Positions 50,114-61,531 of a stretch of 64,000 bases of DNA are shown in pieces (the first letter of the stretch is position 1; the number at the start of each line of letters is the position of its first letter). The translations under genes and the position numbers were made by a program. Location: NCBI GenBank assembly GCA_965112735.1, contig OZ218951.1, forward strand, positions 682,001 through 746,000, given 5' to 3'. This stretch comes from Phaeosaccion multiseriatum. Its lineage: Eukaryota > Protista > Ochrophyta, other classes. The notes beneath the pieces are model-generated. The model worked only from the letters and a program-made list of their open reading frames with translations. It was not told where the DNA came from and did no database searches.

Positions 50114-51039
50114 CTATTCGAGCTTGTGCATCTCCCTGGCCTGCCTTTGCTCCTCCGGGGTCTTGGTCTCCTCCGTCTCTGCCAGCGTGACAATTGCTCG
50201 GGCCCTGGCCAGGAGCTTCCAGTTGGCGAGCTTGCTCACGCTCGTAATGCCCAACTTGCACAGGATGGCGTCGGCCCCGGCGCTGAGGCCCTGTGATACA
50301 CAGAAGACATGGGAGTGGAGGCGAGTAAGCGGCCAGTTAATATCTCTCCTTCTCTCTACCGGGAAAAGGGGGGGGCGCTGGTGGAGACGAGACACACAAA
50401 CAGCAGGAAAGAAAGAAGCCTACTTGCCTGCAGCACGTTGACGTGCATGTCGGCCATCTCTGAGAGAGACTTGAGCTCGTGCTCCTTGATGATGGCGTTG
50501 TCAATGTTCATGAGGGAGCCTGCCGGCCGCTTGCCCACTCCGATCTCCTCCGTATCGGCCAGGATGCAGATGGCCTGGGCCCACTTGCCGTATTTCCTGC
50601 GATGACGTGGGACATGGGTGCGGGGCGCGGGGCGCGGGGGATGGGGGGGGCGACAAAGAAACAAGAGTTCGCGTAAGGCCGCCTGACTCAAAGATACGAT
50701 ATGGTATGAGTAAGTCCTTTCATCTGTCCCAGCCGCCACACATACACGCCCGTACCACTCGGCGAGCTGGCGGATGGTGTGGCAGCCCAAGGCGGTCATT
50801 AGCTCCTCTGAGTGTGTGGTCATGCCCTCGAGCGTGTGCACGGGTGCGTCGGCAAGCTCGTGCAGCGACTTGCCCTCCGAGTCCTTCATGACGGCCTTGT
50901 TGATGTTGAGCGTGTGCACGGCGGAGTGTGCCACGGTGGAGGCGGGGGCGTCCGCGGCCACGGCGTTGCCCTCCGAGTCTTTCACCTTCTTGGTGGCGGG
51001 CTCCCCCCCCGCGGGTGTGGCGACGGCTGCGTCAGACAT
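50114..51039 (-). CDS. Uncharacterised protein with two tandem ~70-aa helical repeats (HhH/SAM-like)
   Basis: Three exons. Repeat 1: NINKAVMKDSEGKSLHELADAPVHTLEG..LGCHTIRQLAEWKYGKWAQAICILA. Repeat 2: NIDNAIIKEHELKSLSEMADMHVNVLQGL..LGITSVSKLANWKLLARARAIVTLA. Confidence 0.8.
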
Positions 51040-51678
51040 GGTAGTGTTGGTTGGCTTTAGCGGCGGGAACGACACAAGCGGCCGCCAAGCCAGCAGGGTC
51101 GCAGGCGACAGCAGGGGGAAGGGCGGAGCGCGGGTGAGTGTGCATTAGGAGTGGCAGAGAGCGTGAACAAGGGGGCGGAGCTCGAGAGGAGAGTGGTGTG
51201 GGAGGCGTGGGTGCACTTGAACAGAACTTGAACAGGCCAGGGCTTGTTCAAACGATCCTTGAAGTAGCCAAGGATGGAGGCTGGGCCGCGCAGAGCGCAG
51301 GTGCGGTGTGGACCGAGAGAGCACAGCCCCAGGCACACCCTCCCACGCGCCGCGTGCGCCCATCCGCTTTTCCTCTTTCCGACCGCCCTTCCTCCCCTCC
51401 CCCCCCCCGTTCCCCCCCCCCCCCATCCGCAATTCTTTCTTGGCCTGCTCTACCCTCAGGCCCACCGCTCCCTGCCCTCTGCACCCTCACTCGCATCCCC
51501 AGCACGCTCTATCCCTCCCCCCCTCCTCGCTTCATCACCACACACCTTCTTCTTAATCTTTTTTTGCGTTTTACTCTTGTGTGGATTGATTCAAAAGCAG
51601 CAGCTCTTCCCCCCCCTGGGGAAACATGGCAATCAATCAATCAATCAATCAATCAGTCAATCATCAGAGGGCGTATAT

Positions 51679-51930
51679 CCCTAAACCGCAAATTTAAGAC
51701 CCACTAAAGTGGGTCTACAACTTTGGAGGCCCAAAAGCAGGTGATCCCGTCGGAGATGACCCATGCATCTCTCGTACAAAATGAAAGATCAAGATGTCCT
51801 TAGTCGGTATAGAAAGTTGTGCGGGTAACGGGGGACGAGAAGAGGCCATTTGGGATGAAGGAAAATGCTCAGTCAAAATTGTGGCTAAGACCCACTAAAG
51901 TGGGTCTTAGCGGGTGGGTTTCTAGGGGCT
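51679..51930. mobile_element. MITE-like element with imperfect termini and paired subterminal palindromes
   Basis: CCCTA...TAGGG ends. Palindrome AGACCCACT-AA-AGTGGGTCT at 51697-51716 and again within 51884-51911. GTATAT on both flanks. AT-richer than its surroundings. Confidence 0.6.
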
Positions 51931-51971
51931 GTATATGAGTATTGGTGCCCTCCCAGAGGCCCTAGTGTGGC

Positions 51972-53000
51972 TCACCGGAGCGGTGAGAAGTGTTTGTAAC
52001 ATACAAGACCGCTCCCCTCCACCCCCATGGTCACCTCACAACAAATGGCGTGCACAGGTGCACCACACGTCTTGCACTTGTGGTTTCTCTCTTCCACCAT
52101 GGGCATACGGCACGCTTGCCCGCCACCTGCGGCCGCACACGCGTGTCGCCCTCCCGTTGTACGTATCGATCGACTCTTGTTCCCCCTTCGTGCTGCTGGC
52201 CCTGTGGCACTGTCCGCGGCTGTCGGCTTTCGGCTCTGCTGTGCGGTCGTCGCGAGCTCGTCATTCGAATCCTCCCTGAAGTACTCGTGCGAGCGCGTCG
52301 CGGCCTCCTTCTGCCGCCCCCGTGGCTGTCTCGAACTCGCCTTCTTCCCTACATGCCGACCAGCAACCCCCTCTGCTGGCTGCTTTGCCACCACTGCTCC
52401 TTCCGCTGCGGCCCTCATGCCGCTGGACCCGACTCCACTGCTGCCCCTCGGCGGATGCGCTCTGTCGCGTGATGCCGCTGCCGCCCCTGCACCGTCTCCT
52501 CCCCTCCCGCGCCTCTCCTCTCCTCCCGCAGAGTCTCTCCTCCTCCTCGTCCCCTGAGCCTTGCTTGCTTGTTCCGTCCGCCCCCCTTCTTCCTTCTCCA
52601 CTTCTAGCTACCACTGCAATTGCTCGAGACAGATCCTCCGTCCTCCCCTCCTGCGCAGTCTTCTCCTCCGCGACCACCAGCGCGTCCTCCGCTGCCCCCG
52701 CCCTCCTAAGCGGCGGTGGGCAAGCGCGTGATGGTGGGGGCTTCCGCCAGTGCCACTGTCCCCCCCCCCCCCGACGTCGTCGAGCCGGTATAGCTGTGTC
52801 TCCTGGGCGCCCCCACCTGTGCCCTCCCTCCCTGACCTGCGCCTGCCGCAGGAGCGCTGTGCCGTCGGTTGGCTCCTCCTCCGCCTCCTCCTCCACTCGC
52901 TCCGCCCACACGTCCGCTCCCGCTTTTCCCTGAAGTAGTAGAGTGCCCTCTCTGGGCGGCACATCCCGCAGCTCCAGCGAGTCGCTTGCGGGTGTGCCAT
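51972..53000 (-). pseudogene. Broken ORF with a C-terminal Cys/His zinc-finger-like motif, probably TE-associated
   Basis: Overlapping frames end in CAAAGGGQACRMPMVEERNHKCKTCGAPVHAICCEVTMGVEGSGLVCYKHF. Directly adjacent to the MITE-like element. Confidence 0.4.
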
Positions 53001-53646
53001 CTCCGGAAGCACGCCTTCTCTCCTTCCTTCCCCCACCCTATAATCTGAAACCGAAATCGAAATGAGGCGGTTTTCAGGTTTGCCCCGGGGGGGCGTTGTG
53101 ACGATGGAGAAAAAAAGATACATAATTTGATGAGACAGCTTTTAGGTGAAACCAAGTAACAGCTGGGACAGCGCAGCAGCAGCACACAGCGGCCTTTTCT
53201 CGCTCATCCCCATTGCACAGTACACAGTTGACTGCACACTTTGCACTCACGACATCTGCAGGAAGAGGGAAAGGGGGCGCGTGAGAGGGCAAGCAGCAGC
53301 TGGAAGACTGACATCGGCAATTGCGCAGAGGCTCCTGTTAGGCAGCTGCGTAGACGAGCCGCGGCCACGCTTGACGGTTTCGTAGAGGGGACAATAGACC
53401 ACGGGGAGAAAGGGGGGGGAGGGGAAAAGGGGGGACTGTCAGCCTGGGTGTGCCATAGGCAGCAACCGCGGCGGCCCTTTTGGATTGGGGCGTCACTGAA
53501 GTAGGCGCTTGCCAGCGCAGTATAGCACAGCGGGCCCAGAGGGGGACAGGCGGACAGGCGGACGCATGGCGGATACGAGGTGCACGAGGGCGAGGGGGCT
53601 GAGTGGGAGAGACCTGCAGCAAAAGAGCCCGAGGGCGTGTCGAAGG

Positions 53647-55242
53647 ATGGAGCACAGGGGACAAAGCTGTGCCCTGGCGCTCTCCGTGCTCGTGGCGCTG
53701 CTCTCTGGCATCACCGCCGCGGCTGCTTCGGTAAGTGGGAGTGCAGTGTGCAGTAGTAGCGCAGGAGCGTCGCCTGTGGTGAATTTCGCTGCTGGTGAAT
53801 CTCGCCGCAATACGAAACTCACCCATGCTGACGTGGGGTCACGTGTGTGTCGGGGCTGGGGGAATCTTTTCGCCGCCGCTGCGGCTGTGAAATGCAGTTG
53901 CCTGCCTCTGCGTCACATTGTTTCATCTCCATGGCCTGTCTTAACTCTTGGTAGGGAAGCACTGCTGCACACGTACGTGCGGTGGGTAAACAGCATTGAA
54001 GCCTGTGTCACCCATCCAGGGCGCGGCGAGCGCAGACGTGCTCCTTAAGTGGTCACGGGCCAGCCGTTTCATCACTACAACACACGCATACCCACGATCG
54101 CCAACCTTTGTCTGACCCACCCTGCCGACTCCCACCGCCCTCCCTCGGTACATCCATATGCAACACAATAAATACAGTACGGCGGCGGCGCAGGCAGCAC
54201 AGCGGCCTTCGTCATGGCACCCTCCACCACAACGCGCATGTTTTCGGGGAGCAGCAGGAGCAGCAGCAGCAGTGGACGGAGTAGTTTTGGTATTAGCGAT
54301 AGGGTGTTGGGAGGAGTGAGGGGGAGTGTGGCGGCGTGGGGAATGAGCATGTTGGGCTCAGAACAGCATCACCCAATGTCGGCGGGTACCCCAGCAGCGC
54401 GCAGGTCAGGCCCAGTAGCGCCGCTATCAGCCTCCTCAGTACACCCCAACATCTACGCCAGGCCCCGGAGGCGCATGCCTTCCGGCCCCGAGCTGGAGCT
54501 GGACCGACAGCAGCAGCAGCAGCACCAGGCGAGGCAGCACGAGCAGCAGCAGCAGCAGCAGCAGTCCAGCGGTAGCACCGACGACAGCAGCAGCGGCTCG
54601 GCCGAGCGACCCTTCCTCCCCACGCTCACCGTCGGGGATTTGCGCGACCTGCAGTCCGGGGAGAGGGTGCAGAAGCAGACGCGTGACGGCCGCAGCGGTA
54701 CAGGTGTGGTGTGCCTCGATGTGCGCGCCGACAAAGACACAGTGATGGGGCTCCTGTCTGACTTTGCCGCCTACACCACCATGATCGACACAGTAAGAGA
54801 GACCAACATGCTGGGCCGACGCGGTGATGCCGAGCGGGCAGAGTTCATGGTGTCGCGTTTCCGCCTCCAGATTCGCGTACTCATGAACCGGTCCAAGAAA
54901 AATCCCGACCTCATCAATTTCTCGCTGGACCCCGAGGGCGCGGGGGGGGGCAAGAAGGCGGTGCTAAAGGAGGCGGAGGGGTTTTGGTTTGTGGAGAGCC
55001 CCACCGACCGCCCCGACGGATACACGCGCGTGTGGTTGTCTGCACGCGTTGTGACGTCATCCCTCCTGCCGGGCTTCGTGGTGGACTATGCCGCGCGAAG
55101 GGCGCTTCCCCGGGCCTCTACCTGGTTGCAGCCAGCCTGTGAGGCCGCCCAGCGACGGGCGAGCTTGCAAAAGCGGCTACGAAAGAATGTCAACGCCATG
55201 ACTGCGGCATCGGCAGTTACACAGGAGCAACAGCAACCGTAG
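53647..55242 (+). CDS. SRPBCC/START (polyketide cyclase/COQ10-like) domain protein, predicted plastid-targeted
   Basis: Signal-peptide exon 53647-53730, intron 53731-54177, then in-frame TAAFVM and the domain VMGLLSDFAAYTTMIDTVRE..EAEGFWFVE..LLPGFVVDYAARRALPRASTWL. Confidence 0.75.
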
Positions 55243-56712
55243 ATATTTCGACCTCACCCAGGTGCACGTGAAGATACGTGCGCGCGCAAGACCGAATTCG
55301 GCAAAGCTTCGTGGGAGGGGAGGGAGGAGGAGTGGATGGGCGGAGGTCGAGGACACAGGGAGCGGCGGGGGGGGGGCCAACGAGTTGGAGGGGAGGGGGA
55401 CAGAGGCTTTGCTTATTTCTCCCTGTCCTGTTCTTTTTGGTTCGCTCGCCCCGTCTGTTCGTCGGCTTCCACCACCGGTTTGTGCTTCCCGCGGGCGATT
55501 TTGTTGTGTTTTTTTTTCTGCTGGGAAGGTCTTGGAGCTGCTGCCAAACAAATGTAAAGGTGCAAGAGGAGGGAGAGGGCGGGGTGGAGTTATGGCGGGA
55601 GGAAGGCATTTAGTTGGCCTTCTCTCGCGAGCTCCACTTTACTTCTACGCCTTCGGGGGGAATGGGGGGTTGTTCGGGTACGGACGGGGTGTATATTGAT
55701 GAATTAGCTTTTGACGGTGATTAGTCATAGTTGCCAGTCTATTCAGCCATTAGTCAGATAGATAGTTTCTAGTCAGTCAGTTAGGTGGAAGCAAGTCGTT
55801 TTTGCTGGACCTTGCGGTCTTGCCGGGTACAAGAGTAGTGCTTACGTAAGCCGTGGTTCGTGTTGTCGTTCAAGGGCGGTGGGTCATCCCACCTTTCGGT
55901 ATAGTTATAGATAGTTATTAGTCGTTTTCTCTTCATCGTTGCTTTTCACTTTCGGTAACACATAAATGTAAATCATGGCAATAGTTCTGCTGCCTCCCCG
56001 AAGACACACGCAGTAGGGTGTGTGTTCCTTCACTCACTCACTCACTCACTCACTCACTCGCGGGTAACAGGGTGGACTTCAAGGGGCTGCAAAGGCTATC
56101 ATGAGCCTTCGGGAATTTATGTGCGGTGCGTTTAGAATACAGTTCTTCCTCCGCGGCACGACAAGGGTGGGTTTCCTCTTTCCACCTACAGTACAAGAGC
56201 ACATCTCCGCCGCCCTCGCCCCCGTGCCAACCGGCATCAGCTGCCATCGCTCTTTGGCTTCCACCCACGCCACGCTTGCTCGCTCACTCCGGCTGGCTCG
56301 CCTGCTTTTGGTCGAAGTCTGTGGAGAATGACTGGTCAGTACTGTCCTTTCCCCAGCACGCACCCTCCCCCATTCCTCTCCGTCTCTCTCTCGTTCTCTC
56401 TATCCACCAACAGCTGCCACTCTCTCCTTGACCGGGTCCCTTGAAGAAAACAAATAAAAAACAAGTCAAATGAGGGCGATGTATATTCTTTATGCCTTCC
56501 CTCCTCCATTCGTTATTCGAGGCCACACACCGCCGTCACCCCCCCCCAACACACAGCCAGCCGCATAATCCACGCTCAAACGCACGTCCATCGCTATCTC
56601 GCGATAAAACACACACACACACACACATACACACGCACGCGCACGCATGCACATCTGTCCTGTTCTACACCTGTGTGCCGATCAGCCATAGCGATCAGCC
56701 TTGTAAGCCTGC

Positions 56713-57568
56713 CTATCGGTCAGCCATGTAGGAGGTAAGCTCAGCATCCAAATCCTCCGCAGATACTTGCTTCTTCTCCGGCCTTCCTCCGCCCCTGCCG
56801 CCCCCTCCGCCTCGTCCTCCTCCTCCTCCTCCCCCTCGGGGTCGCTCCTCCCTCCTGTCTGGCATAGACCTTCCTCCTCCTCCTGCTCCCCCTCCTCTCC
56901 CCCATCCCCCGCCAAAGCTGCCCCCACCGCCACCGCCGCCTCTATTCCACGAGCCCCCACGAGGCTGTTCCTCCCCCCGTCGAGGTGCCCACTGTTGGGT
57001 CTGTCGCTGCCCACCTCCTCCGCCACCACCTCCTCCTCCCCCCCTTCCCCCTCCAATGGTGACAGAAAATTTGACATTGTTCCCGCGTCCCCTGTCGCCG
57101 CCGTCGTTCTCCTCGTCCTCAAAGGCGCCATCGTCCTCATCGTCATATTGGGCACTGGTGCCAAACAAACCCTCCCGCACATTGCCACCCCCGCCGCCCC
57201 CACCTCCTCCACCCACCACCCCAACCGGGCCTGATGCAGAGGAGGAGGATACGATCTTCTGCTGCTCCGCCTCGTCTTCAATTTCGACGAGCATCGGGCT
57301 GCCGTCCAGGGTCCGCGTGTTGAACAGCTTTACCGCCTCCACTGCATCCGAGCGACGTGCATATCGCACCACGGACTCGCCGATTGAGCGGCCCGCGCGA
57401 TCGAAGGACATTTCCACAGACTTCAGCTCCCCCACCTCTCCGAACAGCTCCTCAATATCCTCCTTCAACACGTCGAAGTTCAGATTGCTTACGTAGACCT
57501 TCGTCCCGCCCCCCGCCCCACCACCCACACTCCCGAGGCGAGAGAACACCGAGGACTTGCTCTGCTGC

Positions 57569-57604
<36 letters not shown>

Positions 57605-58173
57605 GGTGGTGGCTGTCGCTGCTGTCGCTGCTGCGACTCGCCATACGGGGCTGAAGCGCTGGCTCGCATCTGCCGGCCCCCACCTCTCACCACCTTCCCT
57701 CCCCCTCCTGACTTTGCCCTGAATTGGGCCAACTGGGCGTGCTGATCCTCTTCCTCAACCTCGTCGAACTGATCGTGCCCCCACTGTCCATCAATGTCCA
57801 TGCCTCCGCCTCCTCCGCGCCTTGCCCCCCCTCCACGCCCCCCCCCGCCCCGATTCATCGGTCTCCCTCCTCCCGCATTGAGCACAGGTCGCGTATCAGG
57901 CCGGCCACCACCCCCTCGACCCATGGTGGGTCGCCCACCTCCTCCACCACCACGACCTCCCCTCCCATTGAGCCCGCCGCCCCCTCCTCGACCCCCTCCT
58001 CCTCTTCCCGTCGGGCCTCCTCCTCTGCCGCCCCCTCCCCTTCCGCTCGCCCCTCGTCCTCCTCCTCCTCCCGCTGGCCTGGGTGCCTGAGCCGGCTTTG
58101 GGGCCGGCCTTCGCTTGGAAGATATGTCGTCCAGGCTCATGGACAACAGATCGGTCACATCGGGGTTAGACAT
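56713..58173 (-). CDS. ALYREF: mRNA export adaptor ALY/REF (THO complex subunit 4)
   Basis: N-terminal box LSMSLDDI, RGG regions, RRM (TKVYVSNLNFDV..DIEELF..FDRAGRSIG) and C-terminal box SAEDLDAELTSYM. Confidence 0.92.
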
Positions 58174-58471
58174 TGCTCCGTTGCAATCGCTGTGCTCAAC
58201 TGCTGGTGCCTTTACGTTGTCTCTCTTCCTTTGTCTTACCGCTTTCTTGTCTAGCTAGTCTGTGAGATCAGGTGTCCCCGGGGGGCTGGTGGTGTTCCCT
58301 CTTTTTCCTCAAAGCCTTCCCCCCCTCCTTGTAATAAGAGGAGGAGCGAAGGGGAGATGGCAAGGAGAAGGTTGGCAGGATAGAGGAGAGGGAAGGAGCA
58401 GGGAGAAGGAAGGAGGAAGGAGGAGACAGAAGGGAACGAGCAAGAGGGGAAGGAGAGGAACTTTGCGCGCC

Positions 58472-61400
58472 ATGCTGAAGAAGAAAACAAAGGGGGCGGC
58501 GCATCCCGCCAGTGACCCTACCCACGGCCTCCATGTCTCTCGCAGCGCCGGCACCGAAGGCAATCACATGGATCCCAACGAGAGCAATGGTATCGGCAGC
58601 CGCGTCGCGAGGGGAGGAGGAGGAGGGGGAGCAGGAGGGGGAGCAGGAGGAGGAGGAGCAGTGGGAGGAGGAGGGGCGGCTGCAACAGCGGTGGGAAGGC
58701 CGGGAGGAGGGGACGACGGTAGCGGAGGCCTACCTGCAGCACCAGCGGCAGCGGCAGGCAATAGGAAGGGGATGAGGGGCTTCCGGACGTGGAAGCGGAG
58801 AGCTGGGGAGAGGGCCATGCAGCGCTTCGGTCTGTCGGCGGTTAGCTGCGACGAGAACACAGGCCAATTGAGTGAGCCCTTGCAAAAGTTCAGTGAGACC
58901 AAAGAGGCGCTCCAGGAAATGCAGGACCAGGTGAGGAGGCGGAGGCGGAGGCGGAGGAGGAGGAGGAGGAGCGGAGCGGAGCTGGCTGGCTACAGTATAG
59001 CGGCGCCCAATCGTTACCCCTTTCCTCTATTTCTCTCGTCCTTCTTATCGTCCTACATGTACATGCGTGGAAGTCCCAAGCATTGCACCAATTGGGCAGG
59101 CACCCCATCAAGCATGCGTACACCTCTGTCCGTGACTGAGCACTCCCCTCCCTTCGCCTCCCTCCCTACTTGCAGGTGAAGCAGTACCTGTCGGCGGTGG
59201 AGGGCATGTTCGCAGCGGCCAACGGAATGAGCTTCTTGTACGCCTCTCAGGCGGGAGAGACCGCCAAGCAAGTCAAGTTGAGTATGTGCAGAGCGGCTGT
59301 GCAGGTGAGTGGGGCGTGGAGATAACTCGTCACGCCGAGGCCAGGCTCAGGGACAGGCTCCGGGGCAGGCTCAGGTTCAAGGTCCAACGTGGGAGGTCAG
59401 ACGTCAGAGGTAGACGTGAAAGACGAGAGGAAGGCCTTCGTCATGGCAGAACCTCCCTTCGCAATGAAGATGAGAGACAATGAAGGGAGCTTTGAGTCGG
59501 TTTAGTCTCCTTCCTTACCTCATCGTCCTCATGTGCGTGTGCGTGTGCGTACGTGGTGTCAGGACTCGATGGTGCGGGGCCTGAAGGAGTTCCTGTCGGC
59601 CCCTCTGCAGGCCTGTCTCGACTTTTGCGAGCACATTGAGGGTCTAGCCAAGCGCCGCAAGACCCTCCTGCTCGACTATGATCACCACAGAAGAAAGCAC
59701 GAGCACGTCCTCACGCGCAGCAGGGGGTGGACAGTAGGGGGGGGAGGGGGAGGAGCAGCAGCAGCAGGAGGAGGAGGAGGAGGGAACGGGTCCGGCAGCG
59801 GTGGCGGTCTGGGGCTATCCAGTAGTGGGCCGGTGACCTTGAGCAGCAGTGGCAACATCGTTAGGAGCCGTCATAACTCAGGTGCGGCAGTGAGTGAATA
59901 AGTGGCTGTCATGTGTCGTGTGTCGTGTGTTGTGTGTCAGGCAGTCAGGTAAGCGGTTGTTGGGAGTGTAGGAGCTTGCAATGGTGTAGCTGTGTCCGGT
60001 TGGTAGCCGGTGCCGAGGGTCAGTTACACGGGCAACACAAGAGTGGTCGCGCAGGCTTCAATGAGTGGGAGGAAAGGAGGAAGGGAGAGTGGTCGGAGGG
60101 TCAGCCTCGTTGGACAGCTAGCTTGGCACGGAGGGAGTATCCGGGCCCTTTTCATTGACTTACGCACAGTCTCCCACATCCCCCAACACGTGCTGGCTGC
60201 CACCCCTTGGTGCTCTCCACTCCGCATTGACCTTTACGGCCGTTGCTGCAGGAGGAGGGGGCTCCGGCGAAGGAGGGGACGCAGGGGCCGGAGTAGAAGC
60301 AGAGGAAGCGAGAGGAGGAGGAGGAGGAGGAGGAGGAGCAGGAGGAGGAGGAGGAGGAGGAGGCACGGCAGGGGGCGGGGGAGGAGGAGACGGCACATCC
60401 GCGGAGAATGGTATAAATAGAAACGCCGGAAGTAGTGGCGACTTGTTTCTCCAGCAGATGAACAGCAGCTCGAGTGCAGACATGAATCACTCGCCCCTCC
60501 CGTCCCCGACGGTGGGCGTGCCCGATGGGGATCACTTACAGTTTAAATCTCGGCAGCTCAAGCTGGAGCTGGCCATTCGGAACCTAAGGTACGATTGACA
60601 ACATGCGGTGTGTACGTGCATGTGTGGGCGTGTGTGTGTGGGTGGGTATGCGTGTGTGGGTGGGTATGCGTGTGTGTGTGGGCGTGTGCATGTATGCGGG
60701 ATATGATATGTGTGTATATATGTGTGTGTGTGTGCGTGTGTGGGTGCGTGTGTGTGTGCGTGTGTGTATGTATGCGTGTGCATGTATGTGTGCGTGTGTA
60801 TGCGGGATATGATATGTGTGTATATGTGTGTGTGCGTGTGTGGGTGCGTGTGTGTGCGTGTGTGTATGTATGCGTGTGCATGTATGTGTGCGTGTGCATG
60901 TATGTGTGTGCGAATGCGCCATGTGTGTCATCGTTTACGTGTGTGTGAGGAATGCGTGTGCGCAAAAGACTTTCAACTGGGGGGGCTGGGGAGGAGGGTG
61001 GCTTATGGTACAGTTGAGCACACAGAGTACCTGATAGAGGCCCCGAGCAGAGGCTGGTAGAGCCCCGCTCCCTGACGCAGAGCCCGCACGCAGAGCTGAG
61101 GCCTTGTCAAGTTGCCCGTATGCTTGCTTGCTCGGCGGCATGTACTCACCCAAGTTATGTATGTGTGTGTGCCGTGTGTGTGCTCCCCTTCAGGGATTGT
61201 AATACGGAGCTGTCTGCACAGATGGCGGCGTTACAGAAGGTGGAGCCTCAACTCAGAGAGAGCGTACATAAGGGTAAGTAAGCTTACAAAGATCCTTTCG
61301 CATGCTCGCACGCACGCACACCAGCCTGCGTCTGTACAGAGAGAGAACGAGAGGTGCAAGGGTAGAGAGGAGTGCATGTGGTGCAGAGAGGTACTTCGCG

Positions 61401-61472
61401 GCACTCGTCCCACTGCGGACCCTTCGAAGCATCTGCAGAGTGCAAAGGCAGAGACACACAAACACAGCTACG

Positions 61473-61531
<59 letters not shown>

